A stretch of DNA of 50,119 nucleotides, from contig JAUCBJ010000711.1 in the NCBI GenBank assembly GCA_032718475.1, forward strand, positions 1 through 50,119, given 5' to 3'. Below the pieces are notes generated by a model. It was not told the DNA's origin, searched no databases, and saw nothing but the letters and a program-made list of their open reading frames with translations. Both the position numbers and the translations under genes were made by a program. Source of the stretch: Nemertoderma westbladi. Its lineage: Eukaryota > Animalia > Xenacoelomorpha. Below are positions 21,230 to 33,700 of this stretch, piece by piece. How positions within the stretch are numbered: position 1 is the stretch's first letter; the number at the start of each line of letters is the position of its first letter.

Positions 21230-22190
21230 TTTTCGATTTCAGAATATACCACTTGTATTGTATTTCAATAATTACGTTTGATTTACAATATGTGCCATAT
21301 TTATTCATTCAGAAATTACATTTCGATTTCAGAATGCATTGTTTATTTTTCAGAATTACATTCATATTTCAGATAAGAAAATAAGAATTTTGAAATATAT
21401 ATATCATATTTATTTTAGGAGATTAAATTTCGATTTCAGTAAATTCAAAATAGATTTCAGAAACGACCAATTCGGTTTTATAACGTTTTCTAAATATTCC
21501 ATTTTAATTTTACAATACAATATTCGATTTCAGATTTTCCATACAAATTTCAGATGCATGGAGCCAATGCAGTACAAACAAACCGACAATATTAGCAACC
21601 ACCATCAAATATTGCGCTAATTATATTGAAATTCTGAAATCCAAATGCACTGTTTCTGAAACTCCAGTGCTCAAATGTAATATTTTCTGAAATGAAATTT
21701 AATTTATTCTATATAAGTTAATATTCTGCTTATTTTATTCTTATAATTCACACTTACAAAAATATTAAATTTACTGAAGACGTCCAAAATAATTAAATTG
21801 TCATATAGGCCCTATAAACATTAACAAATATGAAATTGAAGACGTATTAATTCATACATATGAATATTTTCAAATATAGCACAACTGAATTAATAACATT
21901 AACAAATATAATATGGGAATTATCCCAGAAGGTCCCTCAGTCCACCCCCCCCCCCCCCCCCCCCCTCCTCGCCGATGGTACCAAGGACGGAGGGCGCATT
22001 ACCCATCTAGATTGCGTCCAGCAACCTCTGCAGTAGAAAATTTCTATATAAGTAATTGAAAAATATTTTATTGAATTTATTTTATGTAAATTTAGCTTCG
22101 TTAATACACTTGGAAATTTGTGGATTTAATCTTCAAATTCAAATTCTATTGCATTTTCTGAAATCAAAGTAATGTTTTCTGAAATATGTG
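21230..22190. repeat. Degenerate foldback-like region of short ATTTCAGA/TCTGAAAT subrepeats
   Basis: About ten TTCAGA-type copies on plus at 21235-21555, then the inverse TTCTGAAA at 21632-21693 and 22156-22184. Confidence 0.45.
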
Positions 22191-22581
22191 GAAAAGGTGA
22201 AGTTTTGATACAAATGTCAAGCAATTCGATAAGGATTTATAAACAATTATGGTGTCATCAGAAAATGGCACTATATTACTGGTCAAGGTTTATAAAAATT
22301 GTCATAACGATTTTTCTGCATTTTGGTATAACTGCACAAGGTTATGAGAAAAATACGGTGTGAAACTTTGCTCTTGGATTCGGAAATTTGGGTTTGGAGT
22401 GTGAAAATTTATTGTGAAAAAAAAACCCTGCATACATCATATATAACTTCACAATACTTGATGTACAGGGACCATTCTCACCAAAATTGGCCAAATGGGT
22501 GTCCTGAAACCATAACTTCTGTTTAGGTTAGATTATCTGCAGCGACATTCATTTGATACCAACATAAACTTATTTTTACAG

Positions 22582-22869
22582 CACACATTCCAGACCTACC
22601 ATCAACCACCAGCTACTCACTCTTCTAGTCTACCACACAACCTGTCATGCTCACCCCCTCCTCCCTACACTATGGTTGCCGGGACATCAGGTGCTAAGCA
22701 ACCATCTACTAACCCCATTTCTAATACCAAAGAATCGCAATCCGATGAAGTACTACAGCATACGTTACCACGCAACAACTCTGGTCCTATTAAGGACTAT
22801 TTTTATAAAGGTATAACTACGGAGAAAACTATTCAAGGGTCTAACCAACACATTAAGTTGTCGGACAAG
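22582..22869 (+). CDS. Internal exon (96 codons) of the same gene, second PPxY motif
   Basis: Acceptor ttatttttacAG|, donor AAG|GTTAGT. Phase 0 matches the previous exon. Open frame HTFQTYHQPPATHSSSLPHNLSCSPPPPYTMVAG...IKLSDK. Confidence 0.78.
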
Positions 22870-25800
22870 GTTAGTGAATGTTTCTTTTTGTTTGTTTGGT
22901 GCTAACTGAGTAGGTGTATAAACTATAAACCATTCAAATGAGTAGGTGTATAAACTATAAACCATTCAAATGAGTAGCTGTATAAACTATAAACCATTCA
23001 AATGAGTAGCTGTATAAACTATAAACCATTCAAATGAGTAGGTGTATCAACTATAAACCATTAAAATGAGTAGCTGTATAAACTATAAACCATTCAAATG
23101 AGTAGGTGTATAAACTATAAACCATTCAAATGAGTAGGTGTATAGACTATATAAACCATTCAAATGAGTAGGTGTATAAACCATTCAACGGAGTAGGTGT
23201 ATAAACCATACAAATGAGTAGCTGTATAAACTATAAACCATTCAAATGAGTAGGCTGTATAAACTATAAACCATTCAAATGAGGAGGTGTATAAACCATT
23301 CAACTGAGTAGGTGTATAAGCTATAAACCATTCAAATGAGTAGGTGTATAAACCATTCAACTGAGTAGGTGTATAAACTATAAACCATTCAAATAAATAG
23401 GTGTATAAACCATTCAACTGAGTAGGTGTATAAACTATAAACCATTCAAATGAGTAGGTGTATAAACCATTCAAATGAGTAGGTGTATAAACTATAAACC
23501 ATTCAAATGAGTAGGTGTATAAACTATAAACCATTCAAATGAGTAGCTGTATAAACTATAAACCATTCAAATGAGTAGCTGTATTAACTATAAACCATTC
23601 AAATGAGTAGGTGTATAAACTATAAACCATTCAACTGAGTAGGTGTCTACACTATAAACCATTCAAATGAGTAGGTGTATAAACTATAAACCATTCAAAT
23701 GAGTAGCTGTATAAACTATAAACCATTCAACTGAGTAGGTATATAAACTATAAACCATTCAACTGAGTAGCTGTATAAACTATAAACCATTCAAATGAGT
23801 AGGTGTATAAACCATTCAACTGAGTAGGTGTATAAACTATAAACCATTCAAATGAGTAGGTGTATAAACTATAAACCATTCAAATGAGTAGGTGCTATAA
23901 ACCATTCAACTGAGTAGGTGTATAAACTATAAACCATTCAAATGAGTAGGTGTATAAACCATTCAAATGAGTAGGTGTATAAACTATAAACCATTCAAAT
24001 GAGTAGCTGTATAAACTATAAACCATTCAAATGAGTAGCTGTATAAACTATAAACCATTCAACTGAGTAGGTGTATAAACCATTCAACTGAGTAGGTGTA
24101 TAAACTATAAACCATTCAAATGAGTAGGTGTATAAACCATTCAAATGAGTAGGTGTATAAACTATAAACCATTCAAATGAGTAGGTGTATAAAACATTCA
24201 ACTGAGTAGGTGTATAAACTATAAACCATTCAAATGAGTAGGTGTATAAACCATTCAAATGAGTAGGTGTATAAACTATAAACCATTCAAATGAGTAGCT
24301 GTATAAACTATAAACCATTCAAATGAGTAGCTGTATAAACTATAAACCATTCAAATGAGTAGGTGTATAAACTATAAACCATTCAAATGAGTAGGTGTAT
24401 AAACCATTCAAATGAGTAGGTGTATAAACTATAAACCATTCAAATGAGTAGGTGTATACACTATAAACCATTCAAATGAGTAGGTGTATAAACTATAAAC
24501 CATTCAAATGAGTAGCTGTATAAACTATAAACCATTCAAATGAGTAGGTGTATAAACTATAAACCATTCAAATGAGTAGGTGTATAAACTATAAACCATT
24601 CAAATGAGTAGCTGTATAAACTATAAACCATTCAAATGAGTAGCTGTATAAACTATAAACCATTCAACTGAGTAGGTGTATAAACTATAAACCATTCAAA
24701 TGAGTAGGTGTATAAACTATAAACCATTCAAATGAGTAGGTGTATAAACTATAAACCATTCAAATGAGTAGCTGTATAAACTATAAACCATTCAAATGAG
24801 TAGCTGTATAAACTATAAACCATTCAACTGAGTAGGTGTATAAACTATAAACCATTCAAATGAGTAGGTGTATAAACCATTCAAATGAGTAGGTGTATAA
24901 ACTATAAACCATTCAAATGAGTAGCTGTATAAACTATAAACCATTCAACTGAGTAGCTGTATAAACTATAAACCATTCAACTGAGTAGGTGTATAAACTA
25001 TAAACCATTCAAATGAGTAGGTGTATAAACTATAAACCATTCAAATGAGTAGGTGTATAAACCATTCAAATGAGTAGGTGTATAAACTATAAACCATTCA
25101 ACTGAGTAGCTGTATAAACTATAAACCATTCAACTGAGTAGGTGTATAAACTATAAACCATTCAAATGAGTAGCTGTATAAACTATAAACCATTCAAATG
25201 AGTACGTGTATAAACCATTCAAATGAGTAGGTGTATAAACTATAAACCATTCAAATGAGTAGCTGTATAAACTATAAACCATTCAAATGAGTAGGTGTAT
25301 AAACTATAAACCATTCAAATGAGTAGGTGTATAAACCATTCAAATGAGTAGGTGTATAAACTATAAACCATTCAAATGAGTAGCTGTATAAACTATAAAC
25401 CATTCAAATGAGTAGGTGTATAAACTATAAACCATTCAACTGAGTAGCTGTATAAACTATAAACCATTCAACTGAGTAGCTGTATAAACTATAAACCATT
25501 CAACTGAGTAGGTGTATAAACTATAAACCATTCAAATGAGTAGGTGTATAAACTATAAACCATTCAAATGAGTAGCTGTATAAACTATAAACCATTCAAA
25601 TGAGTAGGTGTATAAACCATTCAAATGAGTAGGTGTATAAACTATAAACCATTCAAATGAGTAGGTGTATGTATAGTATAAACTATAAACCATTCAAATG
25701 AGTAGGTGTATGTATAAACTATAAACCATTTAAATGAGTAGCTGTATAAACTATAAACCATTCAAATGAGTAGCTGTATAAACTATAAACCATTCAAATG

Positions 25801-26444
25801 AGTAGCTGTATAAACTATAAACCATTCAACTGAGTAGCTGTATAAACTATAAACCATTCAAATGAGTAGCTGTATAAACTAAACCATTCAAATGAGTAGC
25901 TGTATAAACTATAAACCATTCAAATGAGTAGCTGTATAAACTATAAACCATTCAAATGAGTAGCTGTATAAACTATAAACCATTCAACTGAGTAGCTGTA
26001 TAAACTATAAACCATTCAACTGAGTAGCTGTATAAACTATAAACCATTCAAATGAGTAGGTGTATAAACCATTCAAATGAGTAGGTGTATAAACTATAAA
26101 CCATTCAAATGAGTAGCTGTATAAACTATAAACCATTCAAATGAGTAGCTGTATAAACTATAAACCATTCAACTGAGTAGCTGTATAAACTATAAACCAT
26201 TCAAATGAGTAGCTGTATAAACTATAAACCATTCAAATGAGTAGCTGTATAAACTATAAACCATTCAAATGAGTAGCTGTATAAACTATAAACCATTCAA
26301 ATGAGTAGATCTGTATAAACTATAAACCATTCAAATGAGTAGGTGTATAAACTATAAACCATTCAACTGAGTAGGTGTATAAACTATAAATAAACCATTC
26401 AAATGAGTAGCTGTATAAACTATAAACCATTCAAATGAGTAGGT

Positions 26445-27715
26445 GTGGGGCGAGCCACGAAGTTGGCGGAGCCTTAGCGAATTGACACTGTTAGGGGGTG
26501 GGTCAATTTATGCAAATAGTTGTCGTCGTCGTCGTCGTCGTCGTTGTCGTCGTCGTCGTTGTCGTCGTCGTCGTTGTCGTCGTCGTTACGATTTTGACAT
26601 GCTAATAACTTTGTCGGATTTAAAGCTGCCAAGTTGAAAATTTGTAGGTATCAATATAAGCAAAAGTTGAGATTTTTGAGAGACTTTCAGACACCATCAG
26701 TGCAATGGTCTCCCGCTAGAGGGCCACATGTCTAAACATTAAATGGCCACCCATTTCTTTGCTTTTAATCCGTTTAAGCTGAAACTTGGGAAGTATGTAC
26801 TAGACCATTAGCTGTAAATTTCAAAGGAGGCTAATCTGTCTGCAGTTCTCCAGTCTGCCGCTAGAGGGCGAAATGTCCCGAATGTGAAATTATTCTTCCA
26901 TTTAGTTGTTTATGATCTGATTACGCTGAAACTTGTCATATATGTACTAGATGACATCCTGAGTCTTTGTGTGGATTGTAATCGGTCCGAAGTTTTCCAG
27001 TCTCCCGCTAGAGGGCCACATGTCTAAACATTAAATGGCCACCCATTTCTTTGCTTTTAATCCGTTTAAGCTGAAACTTGGGAAGTATGTACTAGACCAT
27101 TAGCTGTAAATTTCAAAGGAGGCTAATCTGTCTGCAGTTCTCCAGTCTGCCGCTAGAGGGCGAAATGTCCCGAATGTGAAATTATTCTTCCATTTAGTTG
27201 TTTATGATCTGATTACGCTGAAACTTGTCATATATGTACTAGAAGACATCCTAAGTCTTTGTGTGGACAGTAATCGGTCCGGAGTTTTCGAGTCTGCCGC
27301 TAGAGGGCGAAATGTAGGAAAGTGATAACCTTTGCGAATTCCTTGATCTTAATCTATTTAAGCTGAATTTTGGAATATACAGTACCGGTATGTACTAGAC
27401 CACATGCCTCGTCTTTGTGAGGAAGGTGATCGATCCGTAGTTCTTTAATATGCCGCTAGAGGGCTAAATGTATGAAAGTGAAAACCTTCCAACATTTCGT
27501 TATTTATGATCCGTCAATCGGAAACTTGGTAGATATGTAATAGACCATAGGCTGTGGCTTTGTAGGGAAACTAATCCTTCCTTCTTCAGTTACCCAGTCT
27601 CCCGCTAGAGGGTTAACGTTTTCCGGGAAAATCTTCTCCTATGTTTTTATAATCCTTTCGAGTTGATACTTAGCATTAACTCATTTCACGTGCTGCGCGA
27701 AGGCCCCACTTCGTG
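26445..27715 (+). mobile_element. Non-autonomous Helentron/HINE (pearl-like) element inserted in the 32-bp satellite
   Basis: Non-satellite block with inverted ends GTGGGGC...GCCCCAC, a 5' hairpin GCCA-cgaagt-TGGC, octamer ATGCAAAT, a (GTC/GTT)n microsatellite at ~26519-26587 and seven ~146-bp internal repeats. The satellite resumes in register after it. Confidence 0.8.
26620..27660. repeat. Internal 145-156-bp tandem repeats of the inserted element, including a duplicated 292-bp dimer
   Basis: CCGCTAGAGGG starts at 26713, 26858, 27005, 27150, 27297, 27453 and 27602 (periods 145, 147, 145, 147, 156, 149). 26713-27004 and 27005-27296 are nearly identical. Confidence 0.95.
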
Positions 27716-30700
27716 TATGTATAAACTATAAACCATTCAAATGAGTAGGTGTATAAACTATAAACCATTCAAATGAGTAGCTGTATAAACTATAAACCAT
27801 TCAACTGAGTAGCTGTATAAACTATAAACCATTCAAATGAGTAGCTGTATAAACTATAAACCATTCAACTGAGTAGCTGTATAAACTATAAACCATTCAA
27901 ATGAGTAGGTGTATAAACCATTCAACTGAGTAGCTGTATAAACTATAAACCATTCAACTGAGTAGCTGTATAAACTATAAACCATTCAAATGAGTAGGTG
28001 TATAAACCATTCAAATGAGTAGCTGTATAAACTATAAACCATTCAAATGAGTAGCTGTATAAACTATAAACCATTCAACTGAGTAGCTGTATAAACTATA
28101 AACCATTCAAATGAGTAGCTGTATAAACTATAAACCATTCAAATGAGTAGCTGTATAAACTATAAACCATTCAACTGAGTAGCTGTATAAACTATAAACC
28201 ATTCAAATGAGTAGCTGTATAAACTATAAACCATTCAAATGAGTAGCTGTATAAACTATAAACCATTCAACTGAGTAGCTGTATAAACTATAAACCATTC
28301 AAATGAGTAGGTGTATAAACCATTCAAATGAGTAGCTGTATAAACTATAAACCATTCAAATGAGTAGCTGTATAAACTATAAACCATTCAACTGAGTAGC
28401 TGTATAAACTATAAACCATTCAAATGAGTAGGTGTATAAACTATAAACCATTCAACTGAGTAGCTGTATAAACTATAAACCATTCAAATGAGTAGGTGTA
28501 TAAACTATAAACCATTCAAATGAGTAGCTGTATAAACTATAAACCATTCAACTGAGTAGGTGTATAAACTATAAACCATTCAAATGAGTAGGTGTATAAA
28601 CTATAAACCATTTAAATGAGTAGCTGTATAAACTATAAACCATTCAAATGAGTAGCTGTATAAACTATAAACCATTCAACTGAGTAGCTGTATAAACTAT
28701 AAACCATTCAACTGAGTAGCTGTATAAACTATAAACCATTCAAATGAGTAGGTGTATAAACCATTCAACTGAGTAGCTGTATAAACTATAAACCATTCAA
28801 CTGAGTAGCTGTATAAACTATAAACCATTCAAATGAGTAGGTGTATAAACCATTCAAATGAGTAGCTGTATAAACTATAAACCATTCAAATGAGTAGCTG
28901 TATAAACTATAAACCATTCAACTGAGTAGCTGTATAAACTATAAACCATTCAAATGAGTAGCTGTATAAACTATAAACCATTCAAATGAGTAGCTGTATA
29001 AACTATAAACCATTCAACTGAGTAGCTGTATAAACTATAAACCATTCAACTGAGTAGCTGTATAAACTATAAACCATTCAAATGAGTAGGTGTATAAACT
29101 ATAAACCATTCAAATGAGTAGCTGTATAAACTATAAACCATTCAACTGAGTAGGTGTATAAACTATAAACCATTCAAATGAGTAGGTGTATAAACTATAA
29201 ACCATTTAAATGAGTAGCTGTATAAACTATAAACCATTCAAATGAGTAGCTGTATAAACTATAAACCATTCAACTGAGTAGCTGTATAAACTATAAACCA
29301 TTCAACTGAGTAGCTGTATAAGCTATAAACCATTCAAATGAGTAGGTGTATAAACTATAAACCATTCAAATGAGTAGCTGTATAAACTATAAACCATTCA
29401 AATGAGTAGCTGTATAAACTATAAACCATTCAACTGAGTAGCTGTATAAACTATAAACCATTCAAATGAGTAGGTGTATGTATAAACTATAAACCATTTA
29501 AATGAGTAGCTGTATAAACTATAAACCATTCAAATGAGTAGCTGTATAAACTATAAACCATTCAAATGAGTAGCTGTATAAACTATAAACCATTCAAATG
29601 AGTAGCTGTATAAACTATAAACCATTCAACTGAGTAGGTGTATAAACTATAAACCATTCAATTGAGTAGGTGTATAAACTATAAACCATTCAAATGAGTA
29701 GGTGTATAAACTATAAACCATTCAAATGAGTAGGTGTATAAACCATTCAACTGAGTAGGTGTATAAACTATAAACCATTCAAATGAGTAGGTGTATAAAC
29801 TATAAACCATTCAAATGAGTAGCTGTATAAACTATAAACCATTCAAATGAGTAGGTGTATAAACCATTCAACTGAGTAGCTGTATAAACTATAAACCATT
29901 CAAATGAGTAGGTGTATAAACTATAAACCATTCAAATGAGTAGCTGTATAAACTATAAACCATTCAAATGAGTAGGTGTATAAACCATTCAAATGAGTAG
30001 GTGTATAAACTATAAACCATTCAAATGAGTAGCTGTATAAACTATAAACCATTCAAATGAGTAGCTGTATAAACTATAAACCATTCAAATGAGTAGGTGT
30101 ATAAACCATTCAAATGAGTAGGTGTATAAACTATAAACCATTCAACTGAGTAGGTGTATAAACTATAAACCATTCAATTGAGTAGGTGTATAAACTATAA
30201 ACCATTCAAATGAGTAGGTGTATAAACTATAAACCATTCAAATGAGTAGGTGTATAAACCATTCAAATGAGTAGGTGTATAAACTATAAACCATTCAACT
30301 GAGTAGGTGTATAAACTATAAACCATTCAATTGAGTAGGTGTATAAACTATAAACCATTCAAATGAGTAGGTGTATAAACCATTCAAATGAGTAGGTGTA
30401 TAAACTATAAACCATTCAACTGAGTAGGTGTATAAACTATAAACCATTCAATTGAGTAGGTGTATAAACTATAAACCATTCAAATGAGTAGGTGTATAAA
30501 CCATTCAACTGAGTAGGTGTATAAACTATAAACGATTCAAATGAGTAGCTGTATAAACTATAAACCATTCAAATGAGTAGGTGTATAAACCATTCAAATG
30601 AGTAGCTGTATAAACTATAAACCATTCAAATGAGTAGCTGTATAAACTATAAACCATTCAACTGAGTAGCTGTATAAACTATAAACCATTCAAATGAGTA

Positions 30701-33700
30701 GCTGTATAAACTATAAACCATTCAAATGAGTAGCTGTATAAACTATAAACCATTCAACTGAGTAGCTGTATAAACTATAAACCATTCAACTGAGTAGCTG
30801 TATAAACTATAAACCATTCAAATGAGTAGGTGTATAAACTATAAACCATTCAAATGAGTAGCTGTATAAACTATAAACCATTCAACTGAGTAGGTGTATA
30901 AACTATAAACCATTCAAATGAGTAGGTGTATAAACTATAAACCATTTAAATGAGTAGCTGTATAAACTATAAACCATTCAAATGAGTAGCTGTATAAACT
31001 ATAAACCATTCAATTGAGTAGGTGTATAAACTATAAACCATTCAAATGAGTAGGTGTATAAACCATTCAAATGAGTAGGTGTATAAACTATAAACCATTC
31101 AACTGAGTAGGTGTATAAACTATAAACCATTCAATTGAGTAGGTGTATAAACTATAAACCATTCAAATGAGTAGGTGTATAAACCATTCAACTGAGTAGG
31201 TGTATAAACTATAAACGATTCAAATGAGTAGCTGTATAAACTATAAACCATTCAAATGAGTAGGTGTATAAACCATTCAAATGAGTAGCTGTATAAACTA
31301 TAAACCATTCAAATGAGTAGCTGTATAAACTATAAACCATTCAACTGAGTAGCTGTATAAACTATAAACCATTCAAATGAGTAGCTGTATAAACTATAAA
31401 CCATTCAAATGAGTAGCTGTATAAACTATAAACCATTCAACTGAGTAGCTGTATAAACTATAAACCATTCAACTGAGTAGCTGTATAAACTATAAACCAT
31501 TCAAATGAGTAGGTGTATAAACTATAAACCATTCAAATGAGTAGCTGTATAAACTATAAACCATTCAACTGAGTAGGTGTATAAACTATAAACCATTCAA
31601 ATGAGTAGGTGTATAAACTATAAACCATTTAAATGAGTAGCTGTATAAACTATAAACCATTCAAATGAGTAGCTGTATAAACTATAAACCATTCAACTGA
31701 GTAGCTGTATAAACTATAAACCATTCAACTGAGTAGCTGTATAAGCTATAAACCATTCAAATGAGTAGGTGTATAAACTATAAACCATTCAAATGAGTAG
31801 CTGTATAAACTATAAACCATTCAAATGAGTAGCTGTATAAACTATAAACCATTCAACTGAGTAGCTGTATAAACTATAAACCATTCAAATGAGTAGGTGT
31901 ATGTATAAACTATAAACCATTTAAATGAGTAGCTGTATAAACTATAAACCATTCAAATGAGTAGCTGTATAAACTATAAACCATTCAAATGAGTAGCTGT
32001 ATAAACTATAAACCATTCAAATGAGTAGCTGTATAAACTATAAACCATTCAACTGAGTAGGTGTATAAACTATAAACCATTCAATTGAGTAGGTGTATAA
32101 ACTATAAACCATTCAAATGAGTAGGTGTATAAACTATAAACCATTCAAATGAGTAGGTGTATAAACCATTCAACTGAGTAGGTGTATAAACTATAAACCA
32201 TTCAAATGAGTAGGTGTATAAACTATAAACCATTCAAATGAGTAGCTGTATAAACTATAAACCATTCAAATGAGTAGGTGTATAAACCATTCAACTGAGT
32301 AGCTGTATAAACTATAAACCATTCAAATGAGTAGGTGTATAAACTATAAACCATTCAAATGAGTAGCTGTATAAACTATAAACCATTCAAATGAGTAGGT
32401 GTATAAACCATTCAAATGAGTAGGTGTATAAACTATAAACCATTCAAATGAGTAGCTGTATAAACTATAAACCATTCAAATGAGTAGCTGTATAAACTAT
32501 AAACCATTCAAATGAGTAGGTGTATAAACCATTCAAATGAGTAGGTGTATAAACTATAAACCATTCAACTGAGTAGGTGTATAAACTATAAACCATTCAA
32601 TTGAGTAGGTGTATAAACTATAAACCATTCAAATGAGTAGGTGTATAAACTATAAACCATTCAAATGAGTAGGTGTATAAACCATTCAAATGAGTAGGTG
32701 TATAAACTATAAACCATTCAACTGAGTAGGTGTATAAACTATAAACCATTCAATTGAGTAGGTGTATAAACTATAAACCATTCAAATGAGTAGGTGTATA
32801 AACCATTCAAATGAGTAGGTGTATAAACTATAAACCATTCAACTGAGTAGGTGTATAAACTATAAACCATTCAATTGAGTAGGTGTATAAACTATAAACC
32901 ATTCAAATGAGTAGGTGTATAAACCATTCAACTGAGTAGGTGTATAAACTATAAACGATTCAAATGAGTAGGTGTATAAACTATAAACCATTCAAATGAG
33001 TAGCTGTATAAACTATAAACCATTCAAATGAGTAGGTGTATAAACCATTCAAATGAGTAGGTGTATAAACTATAAACCATTCAAATGAGTAGCTGTACAA
33101 ACTATAAACCATTCAAATGAGTAGCTGTATAAACTATAAACCATTCAAATGAGTAGGTGTATAAACCATTCAAATGAGTAGGTGTATAAACTATAAACCA
33201 TTCAATTGAGTAGGTGTATAAACTATAAACCATTCAAATGAGTAGGTGTATAAACTATAAACCATTCAAATGAGTAGGTGTATAAACTATAAACCATTCA
33301 AATGAGTAGCTGTATAAACTATAAACCATTCAAATGAGTAGGTGTATAAACCATACAAATGAGTAGGTGTTTAAACTATAAACCATTCAAATGAGTAGCT
33401 GTATAAACTATAAACCATTCAAATGAGTAGGTGTATAAACCATTCAAATGAGTAGGTGTATAAACTATAAACCATTCAAATGAGTAGCTGTACAAACTAT
33501 AAACCATTCAAATGAGTAGCTGTATAAACTATAAACCATTCAAATGAGTAGCTGTACAAACTATAAACCATTCAAATGAGTAGCTGTATAAACCATTCAA
33601 CTGAGTAGCTGTATAAACTATAAACCATTCAAATGAGTAGGTGTATAAACTATAAACCATTCAAATGAGTAGCTGTATAAACTATAAACCATTCAAATGA

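Noticed and set aside
22245-22565. Possible old non-autonomous DNA element (GGTGTCATCAGAAA ... TTCATTTGATACC)
   Set aside because: Only weak inverted motif similarity; no definable ends or target duplication.
26443-26637. Arg/Cys-rich protamine-like ORF
   Set aside because: It is the translation of the (GTC/GTT)n microsatellite in the inserted element, with a GTG start.
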